This document shows, piece after piece, positions 37,375-48,032 of a stretch of DNA of 64,000 nucleotides; position 1 is the stretch's first letter; every line of letters starts with the position of its first letter. A program made the position numbers and the translations under genes. The DNA lies in the NCBI GenBank assembly GCA_010356995.1, contig ML996698.1, forward strand, positions 679,923-743,922, given 5' to 3'. Origin of the DNA: Trichodelitschia bisporula. Taxonomy: Eukaryota. The notes below the pieces were generated by a model. The model was not told the origin of the DNA. It made no database searches and saw nothing but the letters and a program-made list of their open reading frames with translations.

Positions 37375-37521
37375 ATTGCTCTGGAGTATGTACATAGCCA
37401 CCGACACCTAAATTCCATCACCTCTTTAGCGCTGTGGCGTCGTCTCAAATTGACTTTCCCCATCAACATCAAAGTCCCCTCCACCCAAAGCCCAATGCCC
37501 CAAAGCCTTAAAGCCTCCCCT

Positions 37522-38439
37522 CTACACCCAAACACCCCTCCCTATCACCCCAACCCCCTCCAAAAACCCCCTCATCGCCTCCCCCTCCCACCCAACCTTC
37601 CCTCTCCACCCGACCACTCTGTCAAAAACCTCCGTCCGCACCCCATCCGCTCCCACCCCCTCCCCACCGCAAAACACAAACCCCAAAAACGCCCACCCGC
37701 TCACATCCCCCGGATGCCTCAAACACCACTCCGCCATACTCCGCGCTGTGTCCTGCCACACTTCCTCCCCCACCATAAACTCCCCGTTCGGCCCGTCCTC
37801 TTCCCACTGATCAAAGAAGCGCAAAACGCGCCGCGCGTGGCTGAAGGCGTAGTAATTCGCCTTATGCAGCTCGGCGGCGCGGAGGATGATGCGGAATTCG
37901 GAGGTCCAGAATGAGGACGCGTCGGTGACGAGGTGCTGGGGGAAGGTGCGCAGGAGGAAGAAGCGGTGCGACCAGAGGGTGGGGGATTTGGTGTGCCGGT
38001 TCAAGGGGGAGGTTAGGAGGGTGGTTAGCAGGGCGATTTCGGCGGTTAGGGCGCGCGGGAGGTCGGAGGGGGGAAGGGAGAGGAGGTGGCGCTTGCGGGT
38101 GTTGCATGCTGTTAGGTGCTCGGGGTCGTAGAGGAGGATTATTGCAGTTGCGGGGAGGAGGTCCGGAGAAGGGTTAGGGTTAGGGTTGGGCGGGGAGGGG
38201 TCCGGCGACCCGTTGGTGGTGGTTGGGGGGAAGGGTAGTGCTCGGGCATGGAGGTAGGCGGCGATGAGCGTGGATTTGGGGATGCCGAGGGAAGGTGGAT
38301 CCGATAGATAGAGCGTTCCTGGTGGGGTGAGAGAGGGGGGGAGGATTTCGATTTCTAGGATTGAGGGTTCGGGTGGGGAGAGGAGTGAGGCGAGCGCGGT
38401 GTAGGCTCCTTTGCATTCTGCTTCCGTTGGGGGACGCAT
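37522..38439 (-). CDS. Protein prenyltransferase alpha-subunit repeat protein (PTAR1/Ecm9-like)
   Basis: Motifs LGIPK, ILLYDPEHLTACNTRKR, SPLNRHTKSPTLWSHR, AAELHKANYYAFSHAR and WCLRHPGDVSGWAFL. Confidence 0.82.
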   Translation of the reverse strand: MRPPTEAECKGAYTALASLLSPPEPSILEIEILPPSLTPPGTLYLSDPPSLGIPKSTLIAAYLHARALPFPPTTTNGSPDPSPPNPNPNPSPDLLPATAIILLYDPEHLTACNTRKRHLLSLPPSDLPRALTAEIALLTTLLTSPLNRHTKSPTLWSHRFFLLRTFPQHLVTDASSFWTSEFRIILRAAELHKANYYAFSHARRVLRFFDQWEEDGPNGEFMVGEEVWQDTARSMAEWCLRHPGDVSGWAFLGFVFCGGEGVGADGVRTEVFDRVVGWRGKVGWEGEAMRGFLEGVGVIGRGVWV

Positions 38440-38656
38440 TAGGTGATAGAAAGTTGGGTGGTTAAGGAAGGCGGGACAGATGGGATTTGAGATTTTTGGT
38501 GGTGGGGACCAGGCTGAAGCTGAAGGCTGAGGTGGAAGAAAAGACGTTGATGAACGGTGATCAAATTTGCATCGCACGGGTATATCTGAGACCGGTATCC
38601 TAATGACCGCAAGACCAAAATGCCAATCATATCCTCTACTCCATCTTCTATACCCT

Positions 38657-41650
38657 CTATTCCTTCTTCCACTTCCTCCATGCCTCTATAAACGACCCCT
38701 CCTCTTCCTTTCCTCTCCCCCGCTTAGCGAAGACCCCAAGTCCCAACCCCATCCCCTCCCCCCCTCCACCCTCAACCTCAATAAGCGGCACCATACTCGG
38801 CCTCCCATGCGCACACTGAAACGGAAACGCGGTACCCGCCAACTCCCCAACCAACCTCTTACACTCCGTCATACTCAACTCATCATTAAACATAACCGCA
38901 CTCCGACACGCCCGCGAATTCACCAAATCCAGTATCCCAGCCGGACACGCCCCTATCTTCCCCAGCCAACCCCCCTCCTCACTCACTTCCACTTCAGCCG
39001 TAGCCTGGCTCCACCGCACACCCCCCTCGCTCATCCCCCACGCTTCCTTCCGCAGAAGTTCGATCAACACCCGCGGCTCCAGCCTCAACCGCTCAGCGAT
39101 CACAGGCGGCAGCGCCGTGACGCTGAGTCTAACCTCGCCCGACCCCGCCTGCACATCGTACAGAATGCCCCACCGCGCGAACACCCCCGCATAGCGCGTA
39201 AATAGCCCCGCCTCGTTCGCGGGGACCTGGAACACAAGCGGCGGCGCCACAAGAACCGCATCCACGCCCACGACATGGCCCAGCGCCGATCGCAGCACCG
39301 GCCCCTTAGGTGGGGTACAGAGCGATGCAAGGAGGGCCTCGACGCCGACGCGCTCGGAGGCGGCGTGTTGATCTAGCATGACGAGGGTGCTTGTGCCGGT
39401 GGCGGAAGAGGAGGGGAGTTTAAGCAGGATGAATTTACGGTCTACCTGCGCGATGACGGTGGCGGAGGTGAGGGCGGGTTTGGTGAGTTTGTTGGGGCGT
39501 AGTAAAGAGGCTTCGGTGAAGGTGGTGGCCATGTCGGTGTTCGGTGTGGAGGTGAAGGGGCCTGGGGCGTGCGGGATGCGGATTGAGGATTGAGGGATCG
39601 GGCGGGAGGTGGAGGCGAAGGTGGGGTTCGCCCATTTGCTGAGGATGGTGTCGAGGAAGGGGGTTGGTTTGGTGGGGGAGGTTTGGGAGGGGAGGCGGAT
39701 GGAGCGGAGGAGGTTGGGGTGGTAGGTGTTGACGGTGTTGGTGCTGGAGGACGTGGTTGGGAGGATGGCGGCGCCGGTTCGGGCGTTTACTTTGTGGGAC
39801 CGGTCGGTTATGGGGTCGGTCCATTTGATGATGTTGTCGGTTTGGTGAGGGTGTTCTGGTACTTGCTCTGCATCTTGGGGCGCTTGTTCTGCATTTGGAG
39901 GCACCAGTTCTGCGTCTTGAGACGCCTCCTCGGGATGACAACAAGACCCTCTTCCGAAGGCAGATGGATGTGCCGACGCGGGTAGCTGAAGGCTTCTATG
40001 ATCATCTACTCCACCAGCTTCGGTCTCCCGGGTATCTAAGGGTTCCTTAGCCGGATAAGAGGGTGCTGAGAGCGGTCGACTTGAGCCCTTGATTCGAAGC
40101 TTTGAAAACTCGAAGATGCTGCGGTCGCTGGATTTGACTCGGGTGAAATCACTGAATGAAGGGGCTGTCGTCGGTCGTATTTGAGATCGAGCGCTAATAG
40201 CTGATGGTTTTGCTTTCTTTCTTGTGCTTCGATCGGAGCGCGCGGGAGTCCCGCTCCGACTCCCCCGTTCACCGTTATCGGTTGCCTTCCGTTTTCCAAG
40301 ATACGAACTGATATTAGACTTCTTGGTTTCATCAGGTTCAGCCGTTTCGGCAGGTTGAGAACGGAAATGATGCGCCTGAAGCCAGGCATTCACCAGTGTG
40401 TCGAGCACATTCGTTACGGCTGCCAGTCTACCGCTGCGGAAAACTTCATCGGTCGTGGAATTGGGCTTGTCGTCCTTTAGTACGATGCGGAGATGGAACA
40501 TGGGCCAGCGATCGACCCCTTTTTGCAAGGCCCTTTTCTCCCTGGCTTTCAGGGTTCTCTCCTTGACCTCCTCATCTCCATCACCGGGTCCGTCAATGAC
40601 ACCAAACGAAGACCGCTTGAACAGAGCGTTGATGTGATCATAGAGTTCGTTCGGTCCGGAATCTTTCAAAAGAGGCCTGTGGGCAAGAGAGATAAATTGG
40701 ACAGTTTTGCTCGGCGCCGGCTGCAGACATATAGATCCCTTTATAGAGATCGACTTGGACGACGCAGAAGTAGGCACCCATGAAGCGTTTCCAGGAGGAA
40801 CGAGACCAAACCGAGAGAGGACGTGAAGCATCGAGCGATTGCTCGACAACTGCGACAGCCCGGGCCGATCACCTCGCCTCAATTCGGAAATGGTACAAGA
40901 CCGCAGCTGATTAACATCAGACAGCTTAAGCGCAACCGAGCTACCATAGGCAAGAAACAAAGCCGCTAGACGCCGCTTTAGCGATTCCCAGCAGCGGTCG
41001 TACTCGCCGCGGTCTTCGAGGGACATAGCACGCTGCTTGACGCGGACAGGCATGTTGCCAAAGAGATCGCGTACGGCGACCTTAGTGCCATGACTGTGCA
41101 CAATGCCATAAGAGGCCGGCGCTGGAGACAGGCGGGCCACAACGCTCGACTTCTGGAACGTGATGCTATGCGTCGAGCGATGTGCCTGATGGTGCGATGT
41201 TATGGTCAACAACGACAACGAGGCCAAAGACGCCAAAAAGGCGCCATTTCGGCCATAGGCGCCAACAACATTCAACTTAGACGTGTCTACGGACGAATCA
41301 GCCTCGCCCATTGGCTAGGGCGGAAAGTACCCACGATGCATGCGGCCCAAACCCCCTTTCTCCGCAAACTCCGCTGGGGTAATGCCGCTCCCATCGTCTT
41401 CGACCACGCAGCCGCCGCGCGCGAAGTCGACGTCGATGGTGATGTGGGTGGCGCCTGCGTCGAGCGCATTTTCCACCAGTCCTTGGATCACAACATCGAG
41501 GCTAGTGATACTCGCCGACGATTTTATCTGGGCGACTACGTCGGCTGGGAGTTGGACGATGGTCGGTGAATCTCGCTTGGTATCCGAGGCGGCCGGTTGA
41601 CTGTCAACTCGTCTGGTATGAAGTACTGGGGCGGATGAATTGGTTTCCAT
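38657..41650 (-). CDS. MLH3: MutL-gamma subunit Mlh3 (mismatch repair / meiotic crossover)
   Basis: GHKL ATPase (LVENALDAGA, VEDDGSGI, HTSK, YGRNGAFLASL, GTKVAVRDLFGNMPVR) and endonuclease motifs QVDRKFIL, DQHAASERVGVE, ACRSAVMFND and FQCAHGRPS. One intron near 41290-41335. Confidence 0.93.
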
Positions 41651-41829
41651 GACGGAGGGAAGAGTAGGGCAGAGCTCTTGCGGCTTGCCCGCATTTGGGA
41701 TTAGGCTGCATCAGATGTAGTAGAGGAGAAGCAGAGCAGGAGAGATGAGGCGATTCACTGTAATCTGGTCATTGTAATATGTTCCTGATCGCCACAACGA
41801 TGTCTGCAGTCCTGAGTAGAGTGGTAGCC

Positions 41830-41841
41830 TGTCACGTGACA
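41830..41841. promoter_or_regulatory. 12-bp palindrome TGTCACGTGACA (bHLH/Cbf1-type E-box) in a divergent promoter
   Basis: Perfect palindrome containing GTCACGTG, located between MLH3 and the next gene. Confidence 0.45.
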
Positions 41842-42302
41842 AGAGTATCGGATGTTTGGGCATGGTCTTGGCTTTGTGGGGTTAGTTATGGGTCAGATGG
41901 GATGATCCCTAACTTGTCTCTTGCCTCAAGACACCACCAACTCTCAAGAGACAACATCCCCAGGAAGCCTCGTCACTCTCTCCCTTCTACAACACAAACG
42001 CTTCTTCACGCCCTCTGCAGAGCAATCATCGTCACCAAATTTGTCTTTCGTCTACCGTCACTCCGCGCTCCCTTTGTGCTTGAGCTCCGGAAACCGCATT
42101 CTTAACTGTCCCACGAACGCCTCCCCCCGACTGTGGCACGCTCTCTCCGCAGCCCGTGAAACATTCGACAGCACGCCGGTTTTCTGGTCGAGTCATCAGA
42201 TCCACCAACCCACTACACCTACATAGCTCTCTTGACGACCTGGCCGGTACCTGCTTTATTGAGCTCTTACGGTCGAACAACTCGACGGAGCCCCTCTTCA
42301 CC

Positions 42303-43528
42303 ATGGCTACCGCGGAGACAGCCACTCGGCCGCATGGTGAGCAGCGCACCCAACACGCATCAAGAGCAATACTAATCCTCAAGACCGTCATTCTAGGAGA
42401 CGTCCCTTTACATCGTGGATGAAACGCCTGGCGAGCCTCAAGAGCACGACGAGCCCGCAGGCTTCCGAGAAGAAAGCCCAACCCCTTCAGAAGACCAAGC
42501 GACACTGGAATAAGAACAATCCGTACCCGGAGTCAGGCGTCCCAGCGTCTCTGGACCGCTGTTCCAACCGTGCGTCCCGTGCATCCACGTCACAGGCGTC
42601 TGAACGTGCTAGCAGCAGCTTCGAGTCTGCGGATTCTGTGAGTGCGATGAACGCTCCCATCCGTAGCAACAAGTCGGCAGCACCCACTCTCGCTACGAAC
42701 GCGGAGACGATCCACTCCGATGCGGGACAGTCGAAAGCGACCGCCAGCACGGCTATCACGACGTCGGACGGTCGCGCGAACAGCGTCTTCTCGTCCCCGC
42801 AGCACTCCCAAGAGTCGCTCACCACCACCCTGACCACCATTCAATCCACTGCGCCAACCACCGTCCTGACATCGGCTGCGGCCTCGGCTGCGGCCACGGC
42901 TGGGTCTACGGCTTCCACTAACACCACTGTCTTCTCCCACCAGTACCCCATTGCACCGCCTTCGGCTCTCCCAGCGCATCTCGCTCCCCAAGCGCATCCC
43001 CACACCTACATCGCCGCCACGGCGAACGGCCTCCTGACGGACGACGCCTCCATCTTGACACTGGCCTCTAGCTCCAAGCGCCAGCGCCGCCACTCGCTGG
43101 ACACAGATGCCTCGACACGCGCCTTAGCCCCGTCGTCTCTGTTTGGCAACTCGCGCGAGAGCCTGCCGCTGAGCGTGCTCAGCAGCAACATGGACACGGG
43201 CGGCCTGTACCAGTCGCAGCACCGGCCGTCGGTTGGTGGACTGGCGAGCGCGGAGCGCGCCAGCGTCTACTCGGCGTCGGGCATTGGCCCGGTGGTGGGA
43301 AGCGAGCGTAACAGCTATTATGCTGGCAATAAGACTGATGGTGGGAGTGTGCGCAGTGGTCTGCTAGGACATGGGCGCGCGGAGAGTGTTAGTGGGAGTA
43401 TCACTGGGATTGTGACGACTAGTCCTGGTGGGCCCATGTCACTGGGGCGGCTTGGACGGCGGGGGAGTGAGGAGAAGGATGAGAGCTACGAGGAGGAGGG
43501 GAGCCGGTGTCAGTCCCGCAAAGAGTGA
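42303..43528 (+). CDS. Ser/Thr-rich hypothetical protein (2 exons)
   Basis: Exon 1 MATAETATRPH splices (GTGAGC...ACTAAT...AAG) in frame to DRHSRRRPFTSWMKRL. The core ATANGLLTDDASILTLASSSKRQRRHSLDTDASTRALAPSSLFGNSRESLPLS resembles a conserved fungal hypothetical family. Confidence 0.75.
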
Positions 43529-43867
43529 GACTGTGGAAGTGGTGCTGGAGGGTGAGGCGTTTGGAGTTGCGGTGTTCGGTGGCTAGCGGTGTTGCCGGCG
43601 TGTTGTCATCTTCTCTGGAGTGGACGCTGCTCTGTCATCGTGGCATTGTTAGTGTGTTCTTCGCTTCCTAGAGCCATCGGGCTGTGTTTAGTGCAACGGT
43701 TTTATCATTTGGAGGGCTGAGGGATCGGGATGGCGGGTAGGCGGGGTTACAAGGGATGGCGGACGGGTTTCTTTCCTTTAGGGACGCGTGTCGATGCGCT
43801 AGGTCTATCCTTATCCTATCCTATGCACGAAATCGCCGGAATGCCTTTAATATCTACACTGTGAATT

Positions 43868-44576
43868 CTATTTACTCCCCACGCCCTGCGCCTCCGGACT
43901 CCAAGCCGGGTCCTCAACACTGTCAATGATCTCATCAAACCGCACATGCTTCGTAATAATCTCCCGCCCATTCACAAGATCATTCTGCTCCACCCGTCTC
44001 CTCGCCTCCTCCTTATCCTTGCATATCCCAGACGCTAAATGCCGTCGTACCAGTCTCTCCCCCGCCACCTCCTCATCCACCCTCACAAACCATATCTCAT
44101 CCATCAGTCCCGCGGCCTCGTTCCACGGGTCCTTATCCAGCGCCAAATACGCCCCCTCGAAGACTACGATGCGCACATCCGGCCGGATGGGTATATCATC
44201 CGCCACCGGGTCCTTGACCCTATGATCGAAACTCGGCGCCCACACCGTCGTCATCTCCGGCGCAATCGGCTTCCGTAATTCTTTCACCAGCCTGAGGAAG
44301 GCCGGGGCGTCGAATGTGAACGCAGCACCCCGCCGCGCGAATGCGGTAGCTGCGTCTGGGAGTGCGGCGAGTTGGGCGCGCGAGAGGTGGTACCCGTCCA
44401 TGGGGACGAAGGCGGCGAGGCGCGTTGTTTGCGCGATGCCCGGGCTGGTTTCGGCGTAGCAGGCGTTGAGGTGTTGGACTATTTGCGCGGCGAGGGTGGT
44501 TTTGCCGCTGCCGGGGATGCCGGCGATTGAGATTAGGAGGCGCTGGGAGGGGGGGAGGGGGAGGTGGAGATCTGGT

Positions 44577-44654
<78 letters not shown>

Positions 44655-44701
44655 GACGGACCCCAGGCTTTTTGCACGAGGCGCTCGACGGCGGCTTCCA
44701 T
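43868..44701 (-). CDS. P-loop kinase, phosphoribulokinase/uridine kinase family (Yfh7-like)
   Basis: Motifs IAGIPGSGKTT, PMDGYHL, RRGAAFTFD, PSFDHRVKDP, FEG.YL and RRHLASGI...NDLVN. The inferred intron 44572-44661 holds the G/C homopolymer. Confidence 0.9.
44577..44653. repeat. 77-nt G homopolymer
   Basis: Direct count of the uninterrupted G run. Confidence 0.95.
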
Positions 44702-45104
44702 CGTGCTGGAGAGCGGCGATTGATGATCGTGCTGTGACCTGCAATTGACTTGGTAGTGAGACCGCATGTGCGCGTACCCCGCCCTTTAACGTGGTGACCC
44801 CACCCCCCCGCAGGCACCCTGGCGGCTGCGGCCGAGCACCGCCGTCATCCTGCATTCCTGCTTTCCCGCTTCCTGCGAGAACTATTTTAGCACCACATCC
44901 CGCGATGCTGGGCTGTGCTGATCGGATAAGCTTCTAGGCCGCGATAGGCGCTGGGAAGGGGTCTGGATCGGAATCGGAATCGAAAAGTGACGACACGAAT
45001 TGAGAAGACGCGGCACGTGCGCACGCGACGGAAAAACGCGCTTGATTTCATGAGGAGCGACACGCTAGAGTTTCGACACGATATTCCACGGCACACGAGA
45101 AGCG

Positions 45105-45947
45105 ATGGCGAAGAAGAATAAATTCAAGCACAGCCCCACGGCAGCTACGGCGGAGAAGCGAAGAACGAGACCCAAGACCGATGCCGCGACGTGGAAGGAC
45201 GGCGAGGAAGAACCCCGGTTCGAAGCCACGCCCGACGAGAACGAGGAGCAAAGTGCGGAAGATTCCGAGGAGGAGGGCGCAGTTGTGAAGGGCCCGCAGC
45301 CACCACGTAAATCGGCTCCCGTGCCGCGCCTTGAGGATCTCTGGCCCGTGCCGGCGCACGTCGCGCCCGACCATCTGCTTGAGCTTCCGGATATCGGGCT
45401 TGATACGAACAATTGGGAGGTTGAAATGGTGCGCGTGGTGGCTAATTCGAAGATTAGGGGGAAGGTGCGGACGGTGCTGGAGGGGTTGGGGGCGGGGGAT
45501 GGGAAGGGGAAGGAGAAAGAGGAGGAGACGGGCAAGCCTCTCATCATGGCCATTGTCGCTCGCGCGGATGGGACACCCAAAGCTGTGTCTATCGCCGAGA
45601 TCGCGAAGCGCGAAGCTGTGGTCAAGGGAGTGAGGGTGTGGCAGTACACTGGGAGCTGGGGGCGCATGGAGAGGTGGGATAGTGGGGGGCTGGATTGGGA
45701 GAAGGAGAAGGCGAAGCAGAAGGAGGTTCAGGAGGATGATGGGGAGGGCGAGGAGGGCGAGGCGTATTTTGAGCGGATTCCGATTACAAAGAGGTCGATT
45801 GTGAGGAGTACGCCGTGCTTGGTGGTATTCCTCTCCCGGGCATCGGTGGCGAGATTGAAGGAGGTGTATGGGTATGTTCTCTGCTCGTTTGGAGGTGGTT
45901 CATCGGCTAACTGGCGCAGAGAGCAGGTTACTGGGGAGAGGAGATGA
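45105..45947 (+). CDS. Alba-like DNA/RNA-binding domain protein
   Basis: VVANSKIRGKVRTVL...IVARADGTPKAVSIAEIAKRE...WQY...PCLVVFLSR fits the Alba (Rpp20/Rpp25-like) pattern. Terminal intron GTATGT...GCTAAC...CAG at 45872-45919. Confidence 0.72.
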   Translation: MAKKNKFKHSPTAATAEKRRTRPKTDAATWKDGEEEPRFEATPDENEEQSAEDSEEEGAVVKGPQPPRKSAPVPRLEDLWPVPAHVAPDHLLELPDIGLDTNNWEVEMVRVVANSKIRGKVRTVLEGLGAGDGKGKEKEEETGKPLIMAIVARADGTPKAVSIAEIAKREAVVKGVRVWQYTGSWGRMERWDSGGLDWEKEKAKQKEVQEDDGEGEEGEAYFERIPITKRSIVRSTPCLVVFLSRASVARLKEVYGYVLCSFGGGSSANWRREQVTGERR

Positions 45948-46697
45948 GGGCGGTTATGACTATGGATCTGTGTGCGGGAGATAGCGTGATGAAGCCTGAG
46001 TGGTTCGATCAAGGCTCAACTGTGGATTGTTTGCGGAAGACATCATGATCAAGACTCAGTCGTTCGATCAAGGCTCAACAGTAGAGGACTGATCCGGTGA
46101 GGACGTCAAGAAGCAGCATCCTCGCTCCAACCTCTTGTAAAGTCTTTGACAGTCTAGCTCTACGGCGTCAATCAGAACCTTTGGGCAATCTGCTTGAACC
46201 GATTGCATAGGGAGAATTGTCTAGATCGCAAAGCAGTTTGTATTTGGTGTACAGACGTTAGACTAACTGGGCTTCCAGGTCTGGCTGGACAGTTCTAGCG
46301 ATTCTATGTCTTTATATATATTCACGAACCGTGAGTCCGTGAATCTAGATAGCATATATTCACGTTGATACGAAGATCTCCTTGTCTTCTTCCTTCGAAG
46401 CCCCATCGTGAACCTGAATGTTAGGCGCCTTTTATATAGTCATGTTCCACTTCTCCATCCCTTTTCGCCAGATCAAAGGCCCCATCGTTATAGTGCCTTC
46501 CGATGTCATTATACAATTCGAACGTACCATCTCTCCCGCAGGATGCCATTGGCAGCTTCGTTTACTCTTTCCCGGGCTGGGCTGGGAGCATCCGATTGGC
46601 GCCCAGGGTGGTCACGGAAGCACCCCAACCTAATGTGGACGTCACTCCATCGACCATCAGACAACAACTCAACACCACAATCTCCAAATCGCCCAAT

Positions 46698-47615
46698 ATG
46701 ACGACAAAAATGGCGACAAGGCTCTCTAAGGTCCGGTCTGATCTTCCGGCGTTTAAGGTAGCATTGGATACCTTCAATTCGAAGCATACCTTCAAACTGG
46801 TTCATATGGTCAATCCGCCGGATACACCGACAGCTTCGGATGCAAGCACATCTGATGTGAAAACCTTGTTTATATTGGATTCATCGTATAATCCTCCATC
46901 TCGAGCTCATCTGGCTCTGGCATGCGCAGTATCTTGCGGGTTTGGATCTTTGCCTCATCGCCTTCTACTCCTCTTCAGTACGCACAACGCTGATAAGTCC
47001 CCCAAGCCAGCAAGCTTTGAGCAAAGGCTTGCGATGATGATTCTGTTTGCCGAAGACCTCCAGGACTTCTGGAAAGCGGAGCCCCTTCGAGCTGTACCTA
47101 TCGACATTGGCCTCACCAGCAAACCGTACTATACCGACAAGTCCATGGCCATCGTGGGAGCCGACCCCCAGGTGTATCCTTCTCAGCCGTCACATGTCCA
47201 CCTCCTCGGCTACGATACGTTAACGCGGTGCCTGGACCCAAAGTACTATCAGAAGTTTGATCCGCCCCTGCATGCCCTGAAGCCGTATTTCGACGCCGGG
47301 CACAGCTTTATATGTCTCTTGCGGCCAAACAGCTCTTCCGACAATGCTGTGAGTGCCGACACAGAGGCCGAGCAGCGGGCGTACATAACGAGGCTCTCGT
47401 CGGGCAGCGAGCTAGAAAAGTACGGGTTCCAGCGCGAGTGGGGCTCGCAAATCGGATTCCTCGACGGCGATGATGTCCCTTCCGCTGTCGGCATTAGTTC
47501 GACGGCAATTCGGACTGCCGCGAAGGAGCAGGACTGGGACGCTGTTAGTCACATGTGTACGCCAAGAGTTGCTGCGTGGATTCGTGAGGAGGGTTTATAT
47601 GTTGGGACGGCATAG
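46698..47615 (+). CDS. Cytidylyltransferase-fold nucleotidyltransferase (Pof1-like NMN adenylyltransferase)
   Basis: Motifs ILDSSYNPPSRAH (HIGH-like), STHNADK, FEQRLAMM, PYYTDK, LLGYDTLTRCLDPKYY and GISSTAIR. Confidence 0.85.
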   Translation: MTTKMATRLSKVRSDLPAFKVALDTFNSKHTFKLVHMVNPPDTPTASDASTSDVKTLFILDSSYNPPSRAHLALACAVSCGFGSLPHRLLLLFSTHNADKSPKPASFEQRLAMMILFAEDLQDFWKAEPLRAVPIDIGLTSKPYYTDKSMAIVGADPQVYPSQPSHVHLLGYDTLTRCLDPKYYQKFDPPLHALKPYFDAGHSFICLLRPNSSSDNAVSADTEAEQRAYITRLSSGSELEKYGFQREWGSQIGFLDGDDVPSAVGISSTAIRTAAKEQDWDAVSHMCTPRVAAWIREEGLYVGTA

Positions 47616-48032
47616 GGGGTGGGCATCGCGACTCCGGACGCGAGCGGCGTGGTCAATCAGCCATCCACATCCATTGCCCTTTATGGATACCATTGTGCCG
47701 CCGGCTGCTCCTTCCTCCCTGGAGTCCTGGCGTTCCTTCCTCGCCAGCAGGCCGGAAAAACCCCCCATCGTGACATTCACCTTGACAGTGCCAAGCATTT
47801 CCATCGAGGTCTTTAAATATCAAGAATATGGCTCCCTTTCCCCTTCTTCTCCTCAACAACCTTTCACGAGAACCAGCGATAGAACTCAGAATTCTTAGAT
47901 TTTCCCCTGACTTTACTGCTTTCTGTCCCTCTTCTCAAGAGATCCAGTGCCAGAATCCAGGATTCTCAGGTTTTCCCCTGACTTTCCTGACTTTTGACCA
48001 TCTCAAGGTCTTGCTTCAACGATCTGTCCAGC

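Noticed and set aside
38171..38187. GGGTTAGGGTTAGGGTT telomere-like repeat or telomerase template
   Set aside because: It lies inside the PTAR1-like CDS, encodes PNPNPNP, and is only ~3 units long.
43868..44767. Poly-proline tract in the Yfh7-like kinase ORF
   Set aside because: It is better explained as an in-frame intron or assembly artefact bounded by GT...AG.
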